Below are positions 25,610 to 38,170 of a DNA stretch of 51,578 bases, piece by piece. The notes below the pieces were generated by a model. That model saw nothing but the letters and a program-made list of their open reading frames with translations. It was not told the origin of the DNA and searched no databases. The stretch comes from Girardia tigrina. Lineage: Eukaryota. The position numbers and the translations under genes were made by a program. Positions within the stretch are counted from its first letter, which is position 1. Every line of letters starts with the position of its first letter. The DNA is taken from the NCBI GenBank assembly GCA_001938485.1, contig MQRK01219331.1:1-51578 (forward strand). Direction: 5' to 3'.

Positions 25610-25767
25610 AAATAAGAAAAACGCCATTTTCGAATCCAATTTTTTATTAACGCAATATATTTCGACGGAATATCAAAAAAATCAAAATCGCCTGATGATG
25701 ACGGATATTCCGTCGAAATATATTGCGTTAATAAAAAATTGTATTCGAAAATGGCGATTTCTTATTT
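25610..25767. repeat. ~65-bp inverted repeat (inverted PLE pLTR remnant)
   Basis: 25610-25674 is nearly the reverse complement of 25704-25767. Confidence 0.9.
25689..25727 (+). ncRNA. Minimal hammerhead ribozyme in SH2B intron 1 (sense)
   Basis: cgc CTGATGA t gacgg atatt ccgtc GAAA tata TT gcg. Stems I and II perfect, AUU site. Confidence 0.8.
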
Positions 25768-26270
25768 TTGTATATATTTATATATTTATTTTTAAAATTA
25801 TTTAGAAATATTCTCATTTATAAAAATTGTTTACAATAAAAATTGGTAATAACTTTTAAAAAAATTAACTTTTATTAATTATTTAGAAAATATGTTTTAC
25901 TTATAAAAATTCTTTTCAATAAAATTCTAATTTTTTAATATTTTAAATATTTTAGATAATTTTAATTTTAAAATATTTAAAAATATATGAATTTACCACA
26001 TCCTAACAAATTCAATTTTATTTTTCGTTTTACTTTTAGAAATCTGTTTTTTCCTTTTGTGTGAATTACAATTTGAGAATTTCTGTACAAACGTAGATTC
26101 TACTTATTTTTGCATTAACCGTATTCAAAAGATAATTATAAATTATTTGAATATTATTTAGTAATATTTTGTTAGAATATTATTGCGATAAAATATTTTT
26201 TAATGTCTTCTATTTCTTTTATTCATACATGACTAAAATCAAAACAAATATTACTAAGTATTTTTTTTAG

Positions 26271-26514
26271 AAAGCAACAAGTTTGAAATTCAAAACCGGC
26301 ATGTTTTAGCACAACGAAGAGATGGTCAAAAGAGTGCCTTTAAATCTCTATTTTCTAGTTTTTCATTACGTAAACAGAAAAAAAAGCGTAACTCTAACGA
26401 CTTAGTATACCCTTCAGAAATAAACAGTAATCAAATGTCTTTCATAAATGTTGAAAATTATCGCCAAGGATTGCGTCAAGTTGATGTTGAAGCAAGTTCA
26501 ACTTTTGCCATAAA
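26271..26514 (+). CDS. SH2B: SH2B adaptor, exon 2
   Basis: ttttttttAG acceptor; open phase-1 frame containing FSSFSLRK (cf. SH2B RFSLR); GTAAGC donor, phase 2. Confidence 0.8.
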
Positions 26515-26568
26515 GTAAGCTATTAAAATAATTGATGAAATATTGGGAATCCTTGAATTGCATTTTAG

Positions 26569-26701
26569 AATGCCTATTGACATCATAAAAAGTGGAATTG
26601 TGAGAGAATTATTACCAAATGAAAATAATTGGAGAGAGTCAAGATTATGTATGCTTTCAATTTCAGCTGGAGCTATTATTCAAGTCAACTCTCCTCCAGA
26701 T
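26569..26701 (+). CDS. SH2B: SH2B adaptor, exon 3 (PH domain start)
   Basis: After a 54-nt intron; IIKSGIVRELL...WRESRLCML...QVNSPPD; GTAAGA donor, phase 0. Confidence 0.85.
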
Positions 26702-26705
26702 GTAA

Positions 26706-26740
<35 letters not shown>

Positions 26741-29274
26741 GTAAATCTGTTTCAGATTATTCTTGATAATATGAATTTGTCTATCTTTTATCAATAAAAC
26801 AAACCACAAATTGATCTCCAAGTTACAATAAGGAAAAACCTATGGCATTTAATAATTTAATTCACTGAAAACAAGAACAAAAATCATAAAAAATAATATT
26901 TATGCTGAATATATTACATATTGTATTACTTTAAGTCTGAACTTTTACTATTAATTAAAAGTTAAAAATAATAAAATTTTTAAGAAACACTGGGATAAAT
27001 TAAAATTATTTTGTAACTAAAGAAATATTATTATTCTAATTACACTAAAAAGTGTTGATCGATTGGGAAAAGACCACTTCTAAAAAGAGATTTCTGTTAT
27101 CATCCTTTCCCCGTATTTTTTTTCGATTTGTCAAAATCATTCTTGTTGACTTTGTCTGAGATTGCAAGTAGAAATTTGAATTTATGAAAAATTATTTTCT
27201 CAGTTTTCTTTGATTTTCCTGTATTAGAATTTTGCTTTTCCAAACTAACCCAATTGTCATCGGAAAATTTTCTTTCTAAATGTTTTTGTTAAATAATTTA
27301 ATTATGGGTCAATTTTGAAATTTCATATGTTAAAGCTTTTTTAAAACAATCTTTTTCTTCAAAATATTTTCAGTGTCTAATTAATTTAGTTTTTTATGAT
27401 TAATTATTAATGACCAAGAATTAACGTTGTCAGAGGTAGTCATTATTATGTTGATACAATTATCATTAATAATGCTTTGCTAATTTATTTGCTTTTTTAT
27501 TATTCCTTGGAAATTGAAACAACTCGTCTCTTGCTGTTGTCTTTCATATTATTCAAATGTTATTACTTTAATTGAAATTAAATTATGCTTTTAATATTTA
27601 TATTAACTTTTTATTTCCAGGAAATAATTAATTAGTAATTAATATCTCTTTTCTTGAAGAAATATTTTCAGTTTAATCTACTTTTGATCTGGTTATAAAC
27701 ACAAATTAATAATCAAAATATATTTTTTCAGAAATTATAAATTTAATATTTAAAAATTTAAAAGTCGATTTTCTATTAAAATAATTACATTTTTGAAGTC
27801 TACTTTTTTATGAGGCTTTTGGGTGTGTGTTTCGTCTAATCCATAACAGGAAAAATATTCTCCGAAAACAATCTTAGTATAAATTTGTGGAAAATACAAC
27901 TTAAATTACAATATTAAAATATATTATACATCTGGATAGATTATATATAATTCACAAATATTAAAAAATTAAAAAATTATACAATCCTTTTATTTTTTAT
28001 ATAATTAAATTATACATATTCAAATTTACATTAAATAATATATTAATTTATATATTTTTTAAATTATCTTATTTAGTTTATTATATTAAATTTACTATTA
28101 ATACATTTGTACTATAGAACTGTAAATAGTAATCTAGATTATTCGATATATACAGTTTTAAAAATTAATATTATAATCAGTTTATAAAGTTCTTCCTTCT
28201 TTCATTTGTATATTTATCTCTTAATCAAATTATCATAACATTTAACATTAAGTGTGCTACCACAATGAGTTCACTGTAGCATCCGAATATTCTCTTTACA
28301 TGATCTTTAATTTTTATTTGCCGTGTTAAGGCAAAATTGTTTAACATTAATTCTTGTAAAGAGAACTGGGTATATATAATATATAGGTCCATAAATATAT
28401 ACCATACAAATTGCAGTACAAAATTTAAACATATGTCAAAGTTGTATATTTATTCACGACGTAAAATTTATATGTAAAGGTGATTCCATATGTTAAAGCT
28501 ATTTATGAAATTAAATTATAGAAACATTGTATAACTTTTATCTTGAATGCTGTCAAATAAAAGTCAAAGCTCGTAATAAGTAACATTTATGTCTTACATT
28601 ACCAAATTATTTATGAACTAAAATTAGTTCTTTTAAGAAATTTTATAAAAACTCATTTTGTCTTGCTAAAAATTGAATTAAAATGTTTTTATAACACTTA
28701 GAATTATTTTAATTTTTTTAGAGGACACACTGTCTTATGACTTAGAAAATTTGTTTAAGCATTTAATAAAATTTGATTTAATGACTCCCAGTGAAGTGCA
28801 ATTTGGCTGTTAAACGAAATCTTCAAGTCTTTTCTTTCGGGTGATCGAGAAAGCAACTGATTGGAATGGCAACAATCGTAAATCGCTTATTTCGCTGGAA
28901 TTTATTCTTATCTGGAATCGGAAAATTGGTAAATATTTCGCACAATGATTGTCTTCCCGTGTCTCTGGTGCAATTTGACAACAAAATCGACGATATGCAT
29001 TGTGACATCTGTTTCCAGTTCGAATAATATTGCGAAGAGTCTAAACACTACACATTTCATTTACAATTATCTGAATAAAATTGTATTATCAACTTTCTTT
29101 ACACACAGTTATAATCATTAATTAATTAATTAAATAAATATATATGCAAACACGTAAATAGTACATAACTCGAAGTACTTTTTTGTTTTAAGTATAGTTT
29201 ATTAAAATTTGAAATAAAATATTTCTTTTAAAAAAATTGATAGTAGATTTTATTATTGTTTTCATACATTTTAG

Positions 29275-29370
29275 TCGGAGAAACCTATTCTGTCCCTATT
29301 TTGTTGTTTGATTACCGAAGTTAGATCGTGTAACAATTACATAGGTTGCCCCTTTGTTTTTTATGTGAAA
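29275..29370 (+). CDS. SH2B: SH2B adaptor, exon 4 (PH)
   Basis: SEKPILSLFCCLITEVRSCNNYIGCPFVFYVK (cf. SH2B SRPRLSIPCSSITDVR...TFVVK); ttttAG acceptor, GTAAGA donor. Confidence 0.9.
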
Positions 29371-29419
29371 GTAAGAAAATGGAATTGGAACTACAAAATA
29401 ATTATATTACATCTATCAG

Positions 29420-29601
29420 ACAGGTGGTGGACAACAACAGCATACCTTTGGAACAAATGATTATCATGATCGAGACTTATGGGTTCAAATCCTTTTACAA
29501 AAATCTAATGTTGAAACTCAGAAGAAAGAATTGTGTAATTATCCGAGTAGTAGTCAGGAGACTGTAGACGAAATTAGTGAACCAGTTCACCTTTACGCCA
29601 A
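29420..29601 (+). CDS. SH2B: SH2B adaptor, exon 5 (PH C-terminal helix)
   Basis: After a 49-nt intron; TGGGQQQHTFGTNDYHDRDLWVQILL carries the conserved PH tryptophan; GTATGA donor, phase 2. Confidence 0.85.
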
Positions 29602-30533
29602 GTATGACATTAATAATAATAATATTAATAATAATAATAATAATAATAACAAACAGAAAAATTATCATTATAAATTAAATGACACAATTTAAAGAAAACT
29701 TTTTGATTATCAAATTTATATTTGTAAAATGTCAAATTATCTTGAAATTATAAATAGATTTTATATCGAAATGTTATTTGTTTTATCATCAAATGTTATT
29801 TGAGAACAGTTTTTATCTAGATTAATGAGGGAAATAAAAAAAACATTATAAATAAGAAAAAATAACTAGATGTTTGAAAGAGTGTAATTTGTTTGGATTA
29901 AATAACGACAGAAAGCGTCCATTGAAACCAGAATTTGCTTTGATATTTATCGATGCTATTTGCTCTCCCAAACATTCACCAGTGTTCCTCGCCGTTCTCC
30001 CACTAAGCGGCCGACTGAGGCCCGCGCTGCTGCCGTCGCTAAATGATTCTTCTTGCAGGAATATGGACATAATTGTATTTACTTTTTATATTAACCAATA
30101 TCAGAATTTATTGCCTAATATTATTAGTAAAATTCAGCGTAATGATTTATTATTCCGATTTGTGATCTCATAACAATTGATACAGACGATAATAACTATT
30201 CATTCTCATTATAAATCAGTGATTTCAAAATTATAATTTTCTGTTTAGACTTGTCATTGACTCATTTTTCTTTGAAAACATTGTGCTTGGAGTTGACTAT
30301 TCCATTTTAGTATTTAAGAAAGTCATTTCTAACACGTCCAGGCAATGAAATTGTATATTTTACTACGATATCACATGAAGTCGACAACGACGATAAGAAG
30401 ATTATTCTTAAATAACTCTTAATCTGAAAGACATTTTAAATTGATTGTTATGCATTATGATTATTTAGTGGTTACTTATTCACACTTCAAAGCAAAGTTC
30501 TTTCTTTAATTAAAAAATTGTGAAGTTAATTAA

Positions 30534-30710
30534 TGTTTATCGACTTTGATGATTTAACCGTCATCGTCAGAACAAATGATTTTTCAAACGAAAGTAACTT
30601 ATAAAGTGCATATAGTGAGTATGTAATCAATACTTAATCATTAAATCATTTAAAAACTCCCAACAAAGTTGTAGAGAATGAAGGTAATTTTAGGATCTAA
30701 AGATCTTGTA
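30534..30710 (-). mobile_element. Penelope-like 3' end with degenerate hammerhead
   Basis: Reverse complement of 30534-30574: tgtt CTGACGA tgacgg ttaaa tcatc AAAG tcga TA aaca (GAAA box mutated). The adjoining sequence resembles 13610-13740. Confidence 0.65.
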
Positions 30711-30715
30711 TATTA

Positions 30716-31245
30716 TTACGTTGTTGCATAAGTTCCCGCCGTTTTTTAAACATTTATTTTCAAAGAAATCAAAAAATTTTAACGACCAAAATAATGACTC
30801 AGTTAATTATATATTTAACGAAATCATAAAATTTTAACAGCAAAAATAATCACACTTCAATCAATTATGTACTCTCCTTCATTGTTCACTACTTCTTCCC
30901 ATCTTTCCACCAGTTTGTTGATTCCATTTCGCCAGAAATCCTTAGGTCGAGTCTCGAAGAAGTTGTTGAGCCAATTCTCAAGATGATCCTGATTTTCGAA
31001 GTTAAGACTCCTCATTTCATTTGAAAAGGTAGCGGAAGAGATGGTAATCCGTCGGGGCGAGGTCTGGGGAATAGGGAGGATGTTGAAGGACCTTCCAACC
31101 GAGCTCTTGGAGTGTTATCTTGTCAGTTTTTGCGGTGTGTGGTCGAGCATTGTCATGGAGGAGGATCACCTGGCCTTTTCGATCTGGTCTTTTTTGTTGA
31201 ATTGTCTCGATGCAATTGGGCTTTATAGAGATTCTTTTTTACTGT
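30716..31245 (-). mobile_element. mariner (DD34D) 3' fragment
   Basis: HDNARPHTAK...EVLQHPPYSPDLAPTDYHLFR; TA|TTACGTTGTTGCATAAGTTCCCGCCGTTTT TIR. Confidence 0.9.
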
Positions 31246-31841
31246 CATTTTCCTGAGGACAATCAAACTTGTAATATTAATTGAAATGTTAAAAGTCATA
31301 TTGGTTTTCTTAATAATGATGTTGCAAATAAAACAATTGGAGGAAAGGATGATTTCAAACCTGGAAAAGGAACTATTGAGAGACTTAATTGTGGCTAACA
31401 ATTAACTGTCGTTATTCTGGAGGTTTTAAAATTCCAATCTTCATTTTAAAATATAAAAAATGAATAATTCAGAATTTTTTTAGTAATAAATTGACAACTC
31501 CTTTGAGCGTGATGGGTGCAACTCCATATAAACTGGAGAGATCGTTCCACATCTCTGTAAACGTATTCGTGAGCATGAATAATAAAGTGGTATTAGTAAT
31601 ATTTCTGAACATAAAAACTTTAAAACTACTATTGAAATTAAAAAATATAAATCTTAATTAAAATTAAATTTACAAAAAAATCTGAAACTGTTATAAATAT
31701 TTACATTCATATCATGTATATATTAAAATATCATATTAAATAAATATCGAAATAAGTATCTTGTTTAAGTGAATAACAAAGCGGGTGTTTTTATAAATAT
31801 GGAAATAAAATGATACTTTCGAGCTTGCGTGCGTTTCTTTA

Positions 31842-31883
<42 letters not shown>

Positions 31884-32302
31884 GCGTTTTTAATCACCTA
31901 CCGCTATTCTTGTTTTATGATCGTGAAAGAAATGAACCGCTTGATCAACTTTGATAAACCGATCGTCGTTCTCATTTCACCGCGAGGAAGTCAATTTCTG
32001 CCAAACCAAATCGACAAAGGGAATGGTCACCTCTATAAAGATCGAGCATACCGTGGCATATCACCGTTAAAGGTCACATTTTCAAGTACCCATGCCTGCT
32101 TTCTGTTATTATTTACAGACCCGAGTACACATCATAAATAAATAATTAAAAAGTATTATGCATCCATTTTAAAAATTATTTGGAATGAGTAATGTGAGGC
32201 ATTAATAATTAAAGCTTTTAATCCTGCAATTAATATCCAATCAAGTGACTCATCAACTTTGATGAATTTTTTTGCATGAAACAGTAATCAAAATAGGGTA
32301 TA

Positions 32303-34649
32303 CAGAGTATCTCATAGGTTACGCAAAGGCTAATTTTTGCATATTATGATAGAGCATAGTGTATAGATAAAGTTTATTGAAGAGAAAATTGTATTCTAAT
32401 ATAGCATCAAGTAATTATGACACAACATTTTTTATAAAAATTATGTAATTTATGGTCAAATAAGATGCCATTTTAAAGATAATTAAAAGACGAACAAATT
32501 CTTTCAAGAAAAAATTCTACTAAAACCAGTAATTAACGAGTTATTATGTAAAAAGTGAAAAAAATTAAATTACAAAATTTTATTATTAAAATTAAAAAAT
32601 AAATACAAAATCAATTAAATAAGTTTTCAAAATGATTTCCTTGAGAAGCGATAACATTTCTCAAGCGAAATTCAAAAGTTTCAATAACTTTTTCAAGGGT
32701 ATGGTTACTGTAAAAATAATTATTCGCGTGCGTAAACGAATAACTATTCTTACTAACAAAAATAAATAATTCACAAAATTAATAATGTTTGACAAACAAT
32801 GAGTGGTAAATAAAACAAAATAAAAAATAACCTCAAATAGCAAACGCGTTTATTAAGGCAATTAAATGTTCCAAAATATTTTACAAAAAAAACCACGAAC
32901 GGTAATTAAGTATTATTATTGTTAGGCGATCAATTTCCTTATTGATTTTTTTATTTTATTATGTTTTTAATATTTGCATTAATTTTCAGCTTCAATATTG
33001 CAATTGTGAGCAGTCAACGATTCGACAACATTTGTTTTATTGGATAAACCTGCGTAATGTATCAGTCTATATATATATATATATATATATATNNNNNNNN
33101 NNNNNNNNNNNNNNNNNNNNNNNNNNNNNNNNNNNNNNNNNNNNNNNNNNNNATAATTAACCACATGTATTGAACCAGATTTACAAAGCCATTAGCAATG
33201 GTGTCATTCCATCAAAATTTTTAACTTCTAAATCGAATTGTTTCAAACAAAAATCATTAATTACTTCGGCAATATTTTTACAGTTACCAATACCTGAGTT
33301 CATTTATTTGTGAAAATTGTTGCTTAAAAACTTTGTCTTTCAAATATCCCAAAAGAAAATAATCGCATGGATAATCTGGGGAATAAGGTGGTAAATTGAT
33401 TCTATTTCCAGTGAATTTTGAGGAATCAAAGCAAATTAAACGTTTTCCAAAGTGTTCCTCGATTAAATTTAAGACATCTGCAACTCTATGAGGTCTTGCA
33501 CCATCTTGCTTCATCATCGATTTTGTCAAATGCGCTCGCGAAATTGTCCTGTTACATTTTGATCTAAGAAAACAGGTCCAATAACCATGTCGACACAGAT
33601 AGTGCACCAAACAGTAATTCGTTGATGAAGACGATTTACGAGTGAATAATGAGGATTTTCTTCATCCCAAGTTTGCCAATTTTGTTTGTTGACATATCCA
33701 TGCAGCTGGAAATGAGCTCCGTCGGTAAACCATATTTTGTGTCAATTAAACTGTTTTCAAGTGTCGATTAAAAATTATTCGCAAATTCAAAGCGCTTTAT
33801 ACTTGAAGCATCTGAAATTGACTGATGTAATTGAATTTTATAAGGATTAAGAGATAAATCATTCTTGAGTATACGATGAAATCATGTTTTGTCGATTTCT
33901 AATTGCGATGATGCTTTGTAAATTGATCTAGAATAGTTTTGGTCCTTAAATTCCTTTACTTTTTGAATATTTTCGTCCTTTCTAACAGTATATCTTTCCA
34001 TTTAATCACGTTTGTGTCATCTAATAAACTACCAGTTGTTTTTAATCTATCATATATTCTAAAATAAACACATTAGGTTAATTTAGCTTAATCTAACCTA
34101 TAAATTACCTTTTAATCGTTGAAGGCTTGATAATATGATGTGATCCAAATCGTTTTTTAAATAATTTAACGGCTTCGGTCAATGGATTCGGTTCTAATAA
34201 AGTGTTCCACCATAAAAAATCGAATTTCCAGAGAATATTTCGACATTTTACCAATGAAATGAATCAAAAAACACAAGTTATAGAATAAAACCATTTGATA
34301 AGCACGTGGAAACAAACAATTTTAATGGAGAATGATTAATTGGAGGTCATTTTATTTAAATCTTTTTTTATTGAAATTTTTAAATAGAATTTTTTTAAAC
34401 TTTTTATGTAATAACTCGTTAAATATTGATTTTGGTAGAAATTTTTCTTGAAAGAATTTACTCTTTAAATTATCTTTAAAGTGACACCTTATTTGACCAA
34501 AATTACGTAATTTTGTATAAACTTTAGTATATCATGATTACATGATGCTGTATCCGAATACAATTTTCTCTTCGATAAACCTTATTTACACACAATACTC
34601 TATCATACTATGCAAAAATTAGCCTTTGTGTACCCCATGAGACACTCTG
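32303..34649 (-). mobile_element. Long-TIR Tc1/mariner element (rosa/DD41D-like), decayed
   Basis: TA-flanked CAGAG...CTCTG ends with ~270-bp imperfect TIRs. Transposase motifs WFTDGAHFQLHGYVNKQNW, QDGARPH, LPPYSPDYPCDYFLLGYLKDKVF. C-terminus (RLRNVIASQGNHFE) at ~32625-32700. Confidence 0.85.
32980..33290 (-). pseudogene. Ankyrin-repeat gene fragment inside the transposase
   Basis: FDLEVKNFDGMTPLLMAL(1-nt shift)KSGSIHVVNY on one side of the gap and LIHYAGLSNKTNVVESLTAHNCNIEAEN on the other. Confidence 0.7.
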
Positions 34650-34744
34650 TATATCAACTTAACAGGTAGAATCAGAAGTACCTGATGATGACGGTTATTC
34701 CATTGCAATAAAGATAAAATCAATGTTGCATCAATTATTATTAT

Positions 34745-35204
34745 TGTGAGGGATAATTGTGAATGTTGTAAGTTTGTTGTTTGTATGCTGTTTAGATTTG
34801 TGACTCTCCTACCCAGATGGGATTGATATGTTATTTGATTAATTATTTGAATNNNNNNNNNNNNNNNNNNNNNNNNNNNNNNNNNNNNNNNNNNNNNNNN
34901 NNNNNNNNNNNNNNNNNNNNNNNNNNNNNNNNNNNNNNNNNNNNNNNNNNNNNNNNNNNNNNNNNNNNNNNNNNNNNNNNNNNNNNNNNNNNNNNNNNNN
35001 NNNNNNNNNNNNNNNNNNNNNNNNNNNNNNNNNNNNNNNNNNNNNNNNNNNNNNNNNNNNNNNNNNNNNNNNNNNNNNNNNNNNNNNNNNNATATTTAAT
35101 CAAAAACTATATTAATCAAAGAAGGATGACCACTGAAAATTGTTGTGAAGAATCTGTTTGTGTTGTAAATAAATGTTTGCATTCAAATTGTGATGTTGTT
35201 AATA
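34745..35204 (+). mobile_element. Solo LTR (TG...AATA) with 5-bp TSD
   Basis: Near-identical to 49298-49788 outside the gap; flanked by ATTAT on both sides. Confidence 0.85.
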
Positions 35205-35960
35205 ATTATATTGATATTTATATTTAAAATTTTAAAAATCTGGTTTACGCAAATTGAAAATATTGTTCCTCATAAATTTGTTTGTATAAGGGGTTAGTTT
35301 AAATTTAAGTTTCACCAAAATAGTTTATTATTTTTTAATTTGAAAATTTAAAAGAAATAAATTAAAAAACTAAAAGGTAGAGTAAAAATATGATAAAATA
35401 AATACTTATTTAAAATATGCTTACAGTAATAACAATTGATATATTTTAATAAAATTTATGAAATAAGTTTGAATAAATTTTAAAATAAATAATTAACGGA
35501 TCAATATTTTATGAAATAATTTTTTTAATAAAAGGGTTTATTGTAAATTTAAATTAATTAGTTTTTATGATAAAATTTTCGTAAAAAATGTAAAATAATT
35601 TAAGGTTGAAATTTCATAAAATTTCAAAATTTAATGAATTAATTTTGGGCGAAATTTGTTTAAATATGTGAATTGTTGATATTAATAAATTTTGTGGTGT
35701 TAAATTATGATTTCAGAATTCGATAATACTGAAAGTGGCATAAACGCTACTTACAGTTTGCAAAATGTAATATGCGTTAGAGTTAAATTTTTAGTGTTAT
35801 GAATTTTGATCTTAATCACGAACCCAATAATCATAAAATGGCGTTTTTTAATTTAGAAAAATAATTTTTTAAATTTATCTTATAAATTTATTCTTTATCT
35901 TTTTGAATTTATTTTCATTTTTTTAACTTGTCTCTATTAAAAATTTGTTATTTAATGAAG

Positions 35961-36163
35961 TACTTCTCCGACTGGAATGCAGCTTATGAAATCATCCGAA
36001 GAAAATAAATCCATAACATCGTCTTCTCGAGATTTAAGGAGTGGTCCCATGCGTAGTTTAGATAAAATTGACGAAGATATTAATAAGTTTGATAGTGCAG
36101 CAATTCCTGAAAATGGTATTTCAAACGAAGCAGTGTTTGATTCCGCTACTTTGTTACCCACTA
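35961..36163 (+). CDS. SH2B: SH2B adaptor, exon 6 (PH-SH2 linker)
   Basis: Phase-2 entry matches exon 5; open frame TSPTGMQLMKSS...ATLLPT; GTAAAT donor, phase 1. Confidence 0.75.
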
Positions 36164-36219
36164 GTAAATTTATGCAGCTGTCTTTTTTGAATAAATATTT
36201 TTATTTACATGTAATTAAG

Positions 36220-36446
36220 AAATTAGTCCGGACAAATTTTTCGAATATCTTTGGTATCATGGTACTCTCTCTCGTGTTGAGGCTGCTAATTTCGTTTTGG
36301 GTTTGAACCAAATCAACAGTAACAGTAATCACAATATATGTGTATCCACTAATGAAAATGAGCTAAATGGAGTGTTTCTTGTTCGTCAAAGTGAAACTAG
36401 AGAAGGAGAATATGTTCTGACGTTTAATTGTAACTACAAAGCCAAA
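36220..36446 (+). CDS. SH2B: SH2B adaptor, exon 7 (SH2 N-half)
   Basis: [18 protein letters not shown]...[26 protein letters not shown]; GTAAGA donor. Confidence 0.95.
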
Positions 36447-36661
36447 GTAAGATATATTCTATTGCTATTAAATTTAAGAAAATTAAATTATTGTTATTGC
36501 GTCGTTTTTATGTAAAAAAATAGTCCATAATATTTTTAAAAATGTAAATAGAATATTCTTCCATTATTATGTTTTTCGCTGAGATAATTTAAAGAATAGT
36601 GCATTTAAAAATAAATAAAGACTAAAATAATTCAATAGTATAATTATATTCTTTCGAGGCT

Positions 36662-37600
36662 ACAATGTCTCACAGTGTGCTGGAATCAACTCCACTAGCT
36701 TCTTTTTATTTAGGTTATTTGGTACAATTATATGATACCAGGTACTGATTATAACATCAATCAGTTCTTGTTTGTTGCTCAGATATTGGGCTGGCACGGT
36801 TTGTTTCAGTGGGAACTAAACGTTCATAACTTGGTTGATGTCTGGGGTAATGGCGGGCCATGTCAGAAGCTGAACATTGATTTCTTTAAACTACTTCATA
36901 AACTTCCAAGCTGTGTGTCATAAAGCCATATAATGCTGAAATATTAACCCAGCTCAATTACCACAAATGTCATGTAACGATGGAAACAGCTTCGGTATCA
37001 AAATCTTCTGAGTGTAACGAGTTTTATATAATGTTCCGTTCACCACATTAATCGTCCCTACTTCATTCCAGCTCATGCACTCCAAGATCATTACAATAAC
37101 TGTGTGTTTCATTGTAGGAACTAGACACTCTTACAAGCATTCTTAACCTGAATTGGCTCGAAAATAAAACATGCTGTGACTCCCAAAATCGAGATTCGTG
37201 TCTCGTCACTCCGAGAAAATCTTTTTCCAATCTTCAACGTAAACATCTTAAATCCCTTCGTCCACTGTAATCATTTATTTTTCTACACAGAAATGATTTT
37301 TTTATTGCATTCTTATCCTGAGACCTATTGCGACCAACTTTTGATACACTGTTCTCTCATAAACATTAGCTCTCGAGTTGGACAAAATCTTGTTTATGAC
37401 TCATGGCTCTGTGGGACTGCAATAACAGTCTGAAATTCTTCTATCATCTGTTTAGCTAGTAATTTTTCCTTACCCGTCCTTTTATTGCAATTCGATAACT
37501 TGCTTTGAACCACTCCCAAAGCTTCTAAGCACAAGCTTCTGATGCCGTTACTCCACCTCCGATCTTTTCAGCAACCTCACGATACATTTGTTAATGTGTT
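36662..37600 (-). mobile_element. Decayed Tc1-like element in SH2B intron 7
   Basis: WPAITPDINQVMNV is a degenerate WPAQSPDLNPIEN; many stops. Confidence 0.6.
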
Positions 37601-38170
37601 TTTTAAATTATTTTTTTTAATTAAATCTTTGTTGGCCAAGTAGAGTTCTGTCTGCATAAAGAATGGATATGAATTTTTTTTGATTGACTAATTGTATTTA
37701 ACAATTGCATATCCACACAAAGCTTGTTCAACTTTTTTAATAATATTATTTTCATAACGATATTGATTACGTATAGAATATTTCGATACTAAACATCTTG
37801 ACATATTTCCTAGTTTTTTCAAATATTTATTCTTAATTATACTTGCTGTTGATACATTACGAGGGTTTTAATATAAATCACAAAAGATCATTTCATGATA
37901 TTCGTGAATGTTTCGCATTTGTTAAGGGTATAAGTAATGTCGAATATCAGTGAAATTATAATTCAAGGAAATTAGACATTTTGTGCGGATCAATCGATGC
38001 CTGACAAGCAATTTTTAAAATTTAATTTATTAGGAGCACCAAGATTATTACTAGAAAATTTATTTTTATTATCGCTAGAATTTTTTTCACAACTCACTGT
38101 AGTCATCATACTAAATTATCTTCTTCATTCAATTTATCGATAAAATTTAATGTGTCTCAAATGGTTTCAG

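Larger units (their letters stand above)
32150..34740 (+). mobile_element. Penelope-like 3' end split by the long-TIR element
   Basis: CEALIIKAFNPAINIQ (GIY-YIG C-terminus) at ~32190-32280. It resumes after 34651 with a degenerate hammerhead CTGATGA tgacgg ttatt ccatt GCAA at 34682. Another GIY-YIG piece (HLCKRIREH) lies at ~31545-31580. Confidence 0.7.

Noticed and set aside
28823-30173. Short ORFs at 28823-29008, 29846-30070 and 29874-30173 in SH2B introns
   Set aside because: No recognisable homology or coherent exon chain.
32990-33053. Possible extra SH2B exon (ttttcAG...GTAATG), and another at 35717
   Set aside because: Exon 5 joins exon 6 in phase without them; the 32990 region is better explained as minus-strand ankyrin sequence.
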